Positions 16,544 to 24,681 of a stretch of DNA of 64,000 nt are shown here, one piece after another. The position numbers were made by a program, and so were the translations under genes. The notes beneath the pieces are model-generated. The model was not told where the DNA came from and ran no database searches. It saw nothing but the letters and a program-made list of their open reading frames with translations. The stretch's first letter is position 1; every line of letters starts with the position of its first letter. Where the stretch lies: the NCBI GenBank assembly GCA_038322875.1, contig JBBQGI010000003.1:820-64819 (forward strand), written 5' to 3'. Origin of the DNA: Candidatus Limnocylindria bacterium. GTDB lineage: Bacteria > Chloroflexota > Limnocylindria > QHBO01.

Positions 16544-19089
16544 CCACCACGGAGCGCTTCGACCCACGGACCTACGAGCCGGCCTGGCGCGAGCGCTGGG
16601 CCGCCGATGAGCTCTATCGGGCCGATGACGACGACCCGCGGGCCAAGCACTACCTGCTGACCATGTACCCGTACCCCTCGGGCGACCTGCACATCGGTCA
16701 CTGGTATGCCGCCACGGGGCCCGACATCGTGGCGCGCATGCGCCGCATGCAGGGCCTGAACGTGATGTTCCCGATGGGCTTCGACTCCTTCGGGCTGCCG
16801 GCCGAGAACGCGGCGATCGATCGCGGCGTGCACCCCTGGGAGTGGACGAACGCCAACGTGGACCGGATGCGGACCCAGTTCCGCTCAATGGGCTGCATGT
16901 TCGACTGGAGCCGCGAAGTCGTCACCCACGACCCCGCCTACTACCGCTGGACGCAGTGGCTCTTCGTGCAGTTCTTCCGCGCGGGGCTGGCGTATCGGGC
17001 CATGGCGCCGGTCGACTGGTGCCCCAAGGACCAGGTGGTGCTGGCACGAGAGCAGGTTGAAGGCGCCGATCGGCACTGCTGGCGCTGCGGCACGCCGGTC
17101 ATCAAGCGCGACCTGGAGCAGTGGTTCTTCCGGACCACCAAGTACGCCGATGAGCTGCTGGACTTCAGCAAGATCGACTGGCCGGACCCCATCCGCCTGA
17201 TGCAGACCAACTGGATCGGTCGCAGCGAGGGCGCCGAGATCGACTTCGCGGTGGAGGCCGATGGGGTGGCGCCGATCCGGGTCTTCACCACCCGTCCCGA
17301 CACCATCTTCGGCGCAACCTTCATGGTGCTCGCCCCTGAGCACCCGGCGGTGGCCCCGCTGACGGCCCCGGAGCGGGCCGAGGAGGTGGCCGCGTACACC
17401 GCCGCGGCGCGCCGCGAAACCGAGATCGAGCGGATGAGCACCGAGCGCGAGCGGAAGGGGGTCTTCATCGGCTCGCATGCGGTCAACCCCATGACCGAGG
17501 AGCGCATCCCGATCTGGATCGCCGACTACGTGCTGCCCGGCTACGGCACGGGCGCGATCATGGGCGTCCCCGCGCACGACGAGCGCGACTTCGCCTTCGC
17601 CACCCGCTACGACCTGCCGATCCGCTACGTGGTGCTGCCGCGAGGCGGGACGGCGCCGCAGGGCGAGGCCTTCGTGGCCCACACCGCGGACGAGGTGCTG
17701 GTCGGGTCGGGCGACTTCACGGGCATGACCGCGGCCGAGGGGATCGCGGCCATCACCGCGGAGCTGGCACGCCGCGGGCAGGGGGAGGCGGCGATCACCT
17801 ACAAGATCCGCGACTGGCTGATCAGCCGGCAGCGCTACTGGGGCGCCCCGATCCCCATCGTCTACTGCGACGAGCACGGCGCGCAGCCGGTGCCGGAGGA
17901 CCAACTGCCGGTGCTGCTGCCGCACGACGTGGACTTCGCGCCCACCGGCGTGTCGCCGCTGCAATCGAACGAGGAGTTCCTGAACGCGACCTGTCCGGTC
18001 TGCGCCGGACCGGCGCGCCGCGAGACGGACACGATGGACACCTTCGTGGACTCGTCGTGGTATTTCCTGCGCTACGCCTCGCCGCACGATGAGGAGCGCG
18101 CGTGGGATTCGGCCGCGGTGGAGGACTGGCTGCCGGTCGACCTGTACACCGGCGGCGCCGAGCACGCGGTCCTGCACTTCCTGTACGCCCGCTTCTTCGT
18201 CAAGGCGCTGCGCGACATGGGGCAGCTGAACTTCGACGAGCCGTTCATGGCGGTGCGCAACCAGGGGCAGATCCTGGGCGCCGACCACCACCGCATGAGC
18301 AAGTCGCGCGGCAACGTCGTCAACCCTGACGACCTGACCTCGCGTTTCGGCTCGGACACAGTGCGCTGCTTCCTGATGTTCATCGGGCCGTGGGACATGG
18401 GCGGGCCGTGGAACCCGTCGAGCATCGAGGGGGTGCATCGGTTCCTGGGTCGAGTCTGGGCGGTGGCCCAGGCTGGCCCGGGCGGGCAGCCTCGGCATGT
18501 TCCCGGGATGCCACCCCCACAAAGCCTGGCCGGTGAGCAGCCCGGCAGCGGCGGAGAAGGGCGTGAGACGCTGGGCGCCATCGAGGGGGGTCAGCGCGGG
18601 CTGCGGCATGCGACCCATGTGGCCATCAAGGAGGTCGGCGAGGACTACGCCGAGTTCCACTTCAATACCGCGCTCTCGAAGATGATGGGGCTGACCAACG
18701 CGCTGGGCGACGCGCGCGACGCCGGCCTGGCCGGGACCGATGCCTACGCCGAGGCGGTCGACGCGCTGCTCCTGCTGCTGGCGCCGATGGCGCCGCACAT
18801 CAGCGAGGAGCTGTGGTCGCGGCGCGGGAAGCCGTACAGCATCCACCAGCAGGCGTGGCCGGCCTACGACGCCGGGCTCGTCATCGCCGACACGATCGAG
18901 CTGCCGGTGCAGGTCGACGGGAAGCTGCGCGATCGGTTGGTGGTGGCCCCCGATACGGCTCCCGACGAGATCGAGCGGCTGGCGTTGGCCAGTGAGCGGG
19001 TGCAGGCCCACCTGAAGGGACGCACGCCTCGCAAGGTGGTGCAGATCCCCGGGCGCCTGGTGAATATCGTCACGCCCAAGAACGACTGA
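16540..19089 (+). CDS. leuS: leucine--tRNA ligase
   Basis: 849 aa bacterial-type LeuRS; HIGH (PSGDLHIGHW) and KMSKS (RMSKSRGN) motifs; GAAGGAG SD; ATGA overlap with the upstream gene. Confidence 0.95.
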   Translation: MTTTERFDPRTYEPAWRERWAADELYRADDDDPRAKHYLLTMYPYPSGDLHIGHWYAATGPDIVARMRRMQGLNVMFPMGFDSFGLPAENAAIDRGVHPWEWTNANVDRMRTQFRSMGCMFDWSREVVTHDPAYYRWTQWLFVQFFRAGLAYRAMAPVDWCPKDQVVLAREQVEGADRHCWRCGTPVIKRDLEQWFFRTTKYADELLDFSKIDWPDPIRLMQTNWIGRSEGAEIDFAVEADGVAPIRVFTTRPDTIFGATFMVLAPEHPAVAPLTAPERAEEVAAYTAAARRETEIERMSTERERKGVFIGSHAVNPMTEERIPIWIADYVLPGYGTGAIMGVPAHDERDFAFATRYDLPIRYVVLPRGGTAPQGEAFVAHTADEVLVGSGDFTGMTAAEGIAAITAELARRGQGEAAITYKIRDWLISRQRYWGAPIPIVYCDEHGAQPVPEDQLPVLLPHDVDFAPTGVSPLQSNEEFLNATCPVCAGPARRETDTMDTFVDSSWYFLRYASPHDEERAWDSAAVEDWLPVDLYTGGAEHAVLHFLYARFFVKALRDMGQLNFDEPFMAVRNQGQILGADHHRMSKSRGNVVNPDDLTSRFGSDTVRCFLMFIGPWDMGGPWNPSSIEGVHRFLGRVWAVAQAGPGGQPRHVPGMPPPQSLAGEQPGSGGEGRETLGAIEGGQRGLRHATHVAIKEVGEDYAEFHFNTALSKMMGLTNALGDARDAGLAGTDAYAEAVDALLLLLAPMAPHISEELWSRRGKPYSIHQQAWPAYDAGLVIADTIELPVQVDGKLRDRLVVAPDTAPDEIERLALASERVQAHLKGRTPRKVVQIPGRLVNIVTPKND

Positions 19090-19096
19090 AATGTTC

Positions 19097-19120
19097 GCTA
19101 AGCGGTCGCCAAGCGGTCGC
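19097..19120. repeat. tandem 10-nt direct repeat AAGCGGTCGC-c-AAGCGGTCGC at the leuS/island junction
   Basis: Two adjacent copies beginning 11 nt after the leuS stop, exactly where GC content drops. Confidence 0.5.
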
Positions 19121-19166
19121 AGAGTAGGCTGACCAACATGCCGCACGCAATCGGGATTACGACGGG

Positions 19167-19379
19167 ATGACGCACTCAGTGCGACAGATTCGCCTCCAAA
19201 GTGACGAACTGACCTTCTGGGTGGAGGTCCGCGCTTGCACTGAAGACCGGCGGCTAGCAGTCGCTTTTCTCGCTGGAGATCCCGAAATCGGAATGGGTCC
19301 AACCGAGCAGGATGCGATTCTCGATGCCCTCAAACCTCTAGGCGAAGCGGCTTCCCGCCTTCTTACCGAGAGCCTCTAA
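19167..19379 (+). CDS. hypothetical protein (island)
   Basis: 70 aa ORF in the low-GC region; no recognisable motif. Confidence 0.25.
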   Translation: MTHSVRQIRLQSDELTFWVEVRACTEDRRLAVAFLAGDPEIGMGPTEQDAILDALKPLGEAASRLLTESL

Positions 19380-19687
19380 TAGTCCGGGAGGTCCTGAATG
19401 GCTAGGCGATAAGGTGCGCGGCGCCGGGACGATTGTGGTCGACGCGACCTCGCTCAAGGCCGCGAGCATGCTGCTCGGCATGGCATCTCCCCGGAATCGA
19501 GGGCATTAAGAAATTCAAGGAAGCGACCGAGGTCGGACTCGACGTCGTCGAGTACCTGTCGAAGGCGGATGCGCCCGCCCAGCCGCAGGACACCTGACCC
19601 TTGGGAGTGCGCGTAACTGCACGCTACTCCCAGGCCACCACGTTGTGGTATTGGCCTGCTTACCTCCTGGCCGGCTACCGCTCCGGA

Positions 19688-20146
19688 CTAGTAGCCCGCG
19701 GCGAACTCTCTCGCCTGAGCCTCAGTAACCCCAGGGCCTATCCAGGCCGTATACCGACAGCCCGCCTCCGCCCAGCTGAGGGTGATTTGCCCTCGCGGTG
19801 GATCTCCTATGTTGAAAAGCGCTGCGTGCTGCCCGCGAACGACAACGGCGCTCGGGTCATTCGGCGCTACGGTTGCGGGATCGATGATCGCGAACTGGCC
19901 AACAAGCTGACTGACCTCATTCTGTCCATCACCCCAAACGTACAAGACCCCGTAGTCGCCCTGGACTTGGTGAGGAGATCCGGGATCCCCGCCCAAGGGA
20001 AGTACCCTCGGGGCCACGGCGCTGCACGCTGAGGTAGAGGGTGAGATAGACGGTAATGCCGACTGGGAGGTGGTGCATGCCCCGAACAAAAGCGCCAGGG
20101 TGATTGCCACGGTCGCGCGAATGAATACCCTGCTAGTCATCGGCAA
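19688..20146 (-). CDS. lipoprotein (island cargo)
   Basis: Signal peptide with lipobox (ITLALLFGAC|T); last gene of the minus-strand island operon. Confidence 0.5.
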   Translation of the reverse strand: MPMTSRVFIRATVAITLALLFGACTTSQSALPSISPSTSACSAVAPRVLPLGGDPGSPHQVQGDYGVLYVWGDGQNEVSQLVGQFAIIDPATVAPNDPSAVVVRGQHAALFNIGDPPRGQITLSWAEAGCRYTAWIGPGVTEAQAREFAAGY

Positions 20147-20735
20147 CCGGCACTAACCCCGGGCCAATTCCGTGGTGACGACCGTCCGCTACAAACACGA
20201 CCAAATCATATGTCGTTAGAAGCGTTCCGCGACCCTGAACGACGCCCAATGGGTCAACAAGGAACGCTGACGGGGTGGGAAGGAAGGCAGCATCGGGCTC
20301 CGAGATGACCACCCAGTCACCGGCCGATGGGGTGCCTACGGTTCCCACCGTTAGCACATGCAACTCGTAGTCGAGGACCATCGGCCGCACATCATTCAGG
20401 CCGGCAAGGATCGTTGTGCATGCCTCGCAATCGGCCTTGACCAAGATCAGCAGAGCCCATCGCGAAGTGAGAATGGCGGCGATATGGGACGAGACGGGCC
20501 GGCCCACAAGCAGGTAGTCCGTGCTGGGCCAATTTGGTTCATCGTGGTCGGATTCTGAGCCGTGTCCCAGATCCATCGCGTGGTCGGTTGCCAGATGGTC
20601 ACGCCAAGATCGCTGTACACCCTCCATCGCGAGGGCTTGTCGGCTCACGACCACCGTCAGAATTCCGATCAGTGAGAGTTGGACGAGCTCGGTTAGCTCC
20701 ACGAGGGCGAGCCTCGACGCGGTAGCAAATGCCAT
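20133..20735 (-). CDS. thioredoxin-fold thiol-disulfide oxidoreductase (MauD/TlpA-like)
   Basis: CxxC motif (LLILVKADCEACTT) in a thioredoxin-like context; N-terminal TM anchor if started at MAFATAS...; immediately downstream of the MauE-like gene; start is uncertain (track ORF 20133..20972). Confidence 0.5.
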   Translation of the reverse strand: MAFATASRLALVELTELVQLSLIGILTVVVSRQALAMEGVQRSWRDHLATDHAMDLGHGSESDHDEPNWPSTDYLLVGRPVSSHIAAILTSRWALLILVKADCEACTTILAGLNDVRPMVLDYELHVLTVGTVGTPSAGDWVVISEPDAAFLPTPSAFLVDPLGVVQGRGTLLTTYDLVVFVADGRHHGIGPGLVPVADD

Positions 20736-21175
20736 GCGACCGGGACTACAAGCGCAATGGATAGGATCGCAGTTGGGGTCAGGCTGCGGGATGGCCCGAG
20801 GACAGCAACACCTACGGAGGCCACCACCAAGAACGCATTTCGCAGGAAGCTCGTTCGGTCTGGTGGTCGCGTTGATGGTCCAAAGCAACCACAGCCGATT
20901 GACAATGCCCGGCTCCTCCATAGCGCCCCGGTTGCGACAACTAGACCGAAAGCAGACAGCAGCCCAGGCCACACCGGGAAGCTTGCCAGGACGATCGCAA
21001 CGGCGACTTCAGCACCGACCGTCACTGGCGCGAGCGCATTTGGCAAAGGCAGGCCAAGGGCCGTAAGCCATTCCACGTGGTTTCGCCAACTGATCGCCTT
21101 GCCGACCGCTGCCAACAGCCAGACCGCGGCGAGACCTACCGCTAAGACCGTCGCCAGGACTGGTGCTTCAAACAT
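20693..21175 (-). CDS. MauE/DoxX-family membrane protein (methylamine-utilisation MauE-like)
   Basis: 160 aa; 4 TM; conserved GCGCFG motif typical of MauE-like proteins. Confidence 0.6.
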   Translation of the reverse strand: MFEAPVLATVLAVGLAAVWLLAAVGKAISWRNHVEWLTALGLPLPNALAPVTVGAEVAVAIVLASFPVWPGLLSAFGLVVATGALWRSRALSIGCGCFGPSTRPPDRTSFLRNAFLVVASVGVAVLGPSRSLTPTAILSIALVVPVAWHLLPRRGSPSWS

Positions 21176-21412
21176 CGACTCGGGCCCGACGCAAATAGTC
21201 CTGCGCTGGCTTCAGGTCCATCGCCTCAAGGCCCTCAGGGGTTGAGATGAACCAGCGCTGAGCCCCTATCGAACTGTCGGCCAGAACCGCTCGTGCCTCG
21301 AATCCGCGCCCAGCGTAGGGGGCCGGCAAATCGAACAACAGGATGCGCGTCCCGCGTCGGTGCTCGATCCACGCGTCCAACAGCGTTCCCTCCGACGTCG
21401 GCGGACCTATCC

Positions 21413-21952
21413 TCACGGGTCGATGCAGGGATGGTCGCAACAGTGGTACTGATCGAACTCGCGACGCTTGGCACGAATTCGTTCACGGAAGGCTATTCCG
21501 TTAGCGTTCCAGCTGTTGTTGGTCAAACTCTGTTGGGTAAAGTTGGTCCCCATGCATACCGTGCCTGTGCATCCCGATGTGCCGCATGGATTCCAAAACT
21601 TACAGTTGGCGTGCGGTCTCAATCGGTCAGCGAGGTCCGGCGTTGCCAGGTGTGAGACCAAGAATGCCAGGGAGCATTCCTGGAAGAAGCTAGGGCCGGA
21701 GATGTTCCCTGATCCGCACCCACCGAAGCACCCGTTGAGCATGATGCCCATGGTTTTGCAGTTGCAGCCACATTGGCTGATGGCCTGAGCGTCATCCCAA
21801 CTGCTGCAAACCACGATCTGACCGCTATAGCGGACGAAGAAATCGTAGCCAGATGTGCAGTAGTTGGTCGTTGTGTTCTGGTGGGCGTTGGGTGAGCCAG
21901 TATGGTGCACGACCACATAGGCTCGCCGAGGAGCCGTCCCATAGTGGCTCAT
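21413..21952 (-). CDS. N-acetylmuramoyl-L-alanine amidase, PGRP/Amidase_2 (T7-lysozyme-like) domain with Cys-rich C-terminus
   Basis: By-eye alignment with T7 lysozyme: YVVVHHTGS / GYDFFVRYSGQIV / TMGIMLNGCF correspond to the FVHCSAT / GYHFIIKRDG / IGVCLVGG blocks; many Cys in the C-terminal half. Confidence 0.65.
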   Translation of the reverse strand: MSHYGTAPRRAYVVVHHTGSPNAHQNTTTNYCTSGYDFFVRYSGQIVVCSSWDDAQAISQCGCNCKTMGIMLNGCFGGCGSGNISGPSFFQECSLAFLVSHLATPDLADRLRPHANCKFWNPCGTSGCTGTVCMGTNFTQQSLTNNSWNANGIAFRERIRAKRREFDQYHCCDHPCIDP

Positions 21953-22284
21953 GTCAAAGCGTCCCGGGTGTATTCCTTGTCGAGTCGGGCGAGGTCGCCC
22001 GGCTCAATCACTTCCACTATGTCGAAGCCCGTCTCTGGCACATCCCACATTGTTTCAGCGGGCGAACACGGCAGCTCTGATCGGCGAGTGTCGGGCTGGG
22101 GCAGACGTGCTTCCTCGCCCGCGGCTCGAGCGGCCGCGGGGAGCGCATGGCTCAACACAACGCTTGCCGAAGTGAAAAGAGCAAGCTCGACAAACCGACG
22201 TCTGCTCAGGTTCGCGCCAGGCTGGGAATCCACGGGCGCCTTCGGGGGCTCCGGGTCGGGGGTCGCCCATTGGTTTCGCGGCAT
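21949..22284 (-). CDS. Tat-signal protein (possibly the N-terminal part of the downstream amidase)
   Basis: Twin-arginine signal (SRRRFVELALFTSASVVLSHALPAAARA); ATGA overlap with the amidase ORF. Confidence 0.45.
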   Translation of the reverse strand: MPRNQWATPDPEPPKAPVDSQPGANLSRRRFVELALFTSASVVLSHALPAAARAAGEEARLPQPDTRRSELPCSPAETMWDVPETGFDIVEVIEPGDLARLDKEYTRDALT

Positions 22285-22342
22285 GTTCCTCGCTCCGGTC
22301 CATCGTTAGGGATTGCGAATGCAAAAGCAAGTCCCGTTCAGC

Positions 22343-22582
22343 TCACTTCTGGTGCCCGTGACGGCTATTGAGCCACAGCGCCAGGCCGAGTACCCCAGCC
22401 GTCGCGGCTCCCGCGCCGATAGACAGCCCGGCCCCACACGGGACGCCGTAGCCGAACACTGACGAACACTGCGGAGGTAGGGAGTCGACCCCGCCCGTGG
22501 GTGCAAGCAGCACCCACACGACGAGACCGGCGAGGAGCGGAACAGCAATCCTGACTCCCATCAGCCAAGAACCCTGCAGCAT
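22343..22582 (-). CDS. small membrane protein
   Basis: Two hydrophobic helices; lies between the protease and the Tat/amidase genes in the same strand array; the track ORF starts at 22636. Confidence 0.35.
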   Translation of the reverse strand: MLQGSWLMGVRIAVPLLAGLVVWVLLAPTGGVDSLPPQCSSVFGYGVPCGAGLSIGAGAATAGVLGLALWLNSRHGHQK

Positions 22583-22601
22583 CAGCGTCACTCTTCGGCA
22601 T

Positions 22602-23858
22602 TCAGTTGACAGCGACGTTGACGCCCAGGGCGTCATCTATCCGATCGGCTCGGGAGAACAAGTCTCGGTCGAAAGGCCAGACCGGATCGTAGCGCCAGCC
22701 CTGATGGAGCCCGTAGGCAGTATTGCCCCAGTACACGGACCCACCACTGTCGCCGGGAGCCGCCAATCTCGCCGCCATCTGCACGAGGCTGCACGCAGCT
22801 CCGTTGCAGACGTTGAGCTGGATGACTTGCTGGCAGTCCTGGAAGCTCGCGATGCCGTTCTTACAGAGGGACTGCCCCACGACCGGAGCACCCACGGCAG
22901 CGACATCGCGCCTGTTGACTTCGGTTGCGTTGGCGTTACCCGCGTAGAAATCATCGGGTTTAGCCTGAGGTCCGGTATGCCACTGGAAGTCACCGTGAGC
23001 CCCGATATGGCCTGCCTGAATGTTCAGAGCTACACCGTCGTCGGATAGAGTATTCGAGCAATGTCCAGCGGTGCTAATGCCACTCACCCCTGAGGAGGTC
23101 CTGACCACAAACCCTGACGTGCAAACCCCCGAAAGACTCTCGCCGCCCATGTGTTCGGTGTTGCTGTCAGTACCGCCCAGAGCCGGGAGGTTTGATCGGA
23201 CCACGGAGACGGTGATGCTGTCGAGAATGTCTCCTGCGCCGGAATCGATGAGCTTCTCCGTGGCGCCTGCGCGAAGGTCATCGAGCACGGAATCTGCCAC
23301 GCCGCCGTCCAGTGCAACGACAGTCGTAATCTGGCGGGTATCAAAGTCGAACGAGGTCGACGCGTCTCGGACCCCGGCCGTGTCGAATGCGGCGTAATGG
23401 ACTGTCGCAATCGCCTTCTCAAGTTCGAGCTCGGTGAACCCCAAGTCGGTTTGCACCTCGACCTTAACGTTTGCGTGGCTCTTACCGAACGTGTCGATGA
23501 TCGCGAGGGCGCTATCAGGGGCGCCAGCCGCGAAGGCAACCCACGCGCCCCCAGCATCGACGATCTCTGCACCGGTGAAGGCCTCTGGAGCCACCTCGCG
23601 GACCGTCGACACCGCAAGGGCAAAATTATCGTTCCACGCGTAGCGGTCGATTGCCTCCTGGAGGGACATACCATGTTGACCAGCGACGGCTTTCAGGTCC
23701 TCGAGCTCCGCATCACTGATAGGATCATCGATCTGAGGCTGCGCCACGTCCGGGAGGGGCAGGCTCTCGCCTCCGGCGGCAGTGTCTGTCTGTGCCACGA
23801 GAACGGCCGTCATCAGCGTCAGCATTACGACAACCGACAGGCCACCCCGTCTCACCAT
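22602..23858 (-). CDS. secreted S1E family serine peptidase (alpha-lytic protease/streptogrisin-like) with N-terminal pro-domain
   Basis: Signal peptide; catalytic His (TAGHC) and Ser (GDSGGSVY) motifs; ~160 aa pro-region typical of alpha-lytic protease precursors. Confidence 0.8.
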   Translation of the reverse strand: MVRRGGLSVVVMLTLMTAVLVAQTDTAAGGESLPLPDVAQPQIDDPISDAELEDLKAVAGQHGMSLQEAIDRYAWNDNFALAVSTVREVAPEAFTGAEIVDAGGAWVAFAAGAPDSALAIIDTFGKSHANVKVEVQTDLGFTELELEKAIATVHYAAFDTAGVRDASTSFDFDTRQITTVVALDGGVADSVLDDLRAGATEKLIDSGAGDILDSITVSVVRSNLPALGGTDSNTEHMGGESLSGVCTSGFVVRTSSGVSGISTAGHCSNTLSDDGVALNIQAGHIGAHGDFQWHTGPQAKPDDFYAGNANATEVNRRDVAAVGAPVVGQSLCKNGIASFQDCQQVIQLNVCNGAACSLVQMAARLAAPGDSGGSVYWGNTAYGLHQGWRYDPVWPFDRDLFSRADRIDDALGVNVAVN

Positions 23859-24027
23859 GGCCCTTCCTTTCAGCTATCAGCCTTCAGCATTACCGGGGGG
23901 ATCCCGGAATCGATTCCCGCTAAAGCGCGGGCGCCCGGCGTCCCACTATCATATGACTCCTCGTCAAGCCTGAAATTACCGGGCGTCGCCCGGACCAACG
24001 AGCCAACCGGGGCATGGACCGTTTCCG

Positions 24028-24636
24028 GTGCTCGTTCGCCAGCGCAACTCGCACCTGATCGAGGGGGTGCATCGCTTCCTGGGTCGCGTCTGGCCGGTGG
24101 CCCAGGCGACGGGCGGCGCAGGCGACGCCGGCGGGGCGGAGCGCGGGCTGCGGCATGCCACCCATCGGGCCATCAAGGAGGTCGGCCAGGACTACGCCGG
24201 GTTCCACTTCAACACGGCGCTCTCGAAGATGATGGGGCTGACCAACGCGCTCGGCGACGCACGCGATGCCGGCCTGGCCGGGACCGATGCCTACGCCGAG
24301 GCGGTCGATGCGCTGCTCTTGCTGCTGGCGCCGATGGCGCCGCACATCAGCGAGGAGCTGTGGTCGCGGCGCGGGAAGCCGTACAGCATCCACCAGCAGG
24401 CCTGGCCTGCCTTCGACCCTGCGCTGGTCACGGCCGACACGATCGAGCTGCCGGTGCAGGTCGATGGCAAGCTGCGCGATCGGCTGGTGGTGGCACCGGG
24501 GACCGCCCCTGAGGAGATCGAGCGCCTAGCATTGGCGAGCGAGCGAGTGCAGGCGCACCTGAAAGGCCGGACACCGGCCAAGGTGGTCCAGATCCCCGGT
24601 CGCCTGGTGAATATCGTCACGCCGGGGAGTAATTGA
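24028..24636 (+). pseudogene. leuS 3' remnant (diverged duplicate of leuS codons ~640-849)
   Basis: Homology to leuS 18440..19089 begins at IEGVHRFLGRVW. It is about 88% nt identical by eye, lacks a ~117-nt segment present in the intact gene, and has no 5' part, start or RBS. Confidence 0.85.
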
Positions 24637-24681
24637 AGTGTCCGCGGGTGCCCAGCCGGAGACCGGGTTCAGTGACTCAGT

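Larger units (their letters stand above)
19090..24027. mobile_element. putative integrated element / genomic island remnant at the leuS 3' end (no integrase detected)
   Basis: Lower-GC segment (about 55-60% by eye) bounded by the intact leuS 3' end and a diverged duplicate of that 3' end (24028..24636); it interrupts the expected leuS-comEA synteny. Confidence 0.5.

Noticed and set aside
16885-19302. 805-aa ORF antisense to leuS
   Set aside because: Open frames opposite real genes are expected at ~70% GC. It has low-complexity Arg/Gly/Pro-rich composition and no motifs, and leuS on the other strand is unambiguous.
19601-20032. 143-aa plus-strand ORF overlapping the island lipoprotein gene
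   Set aside because: Overlaps the minus-strand lipoprotein, which has a convincing signal peptide, and runs opposite to the single-strand gene array of the island. No motifs.
21168-21440. 90-aa ORF between the amidase and MauE genes
   Set aside because: Overlaps both neighbours and has no motifs. It could be a real small protein in the operon, but evidence is too thin to call.
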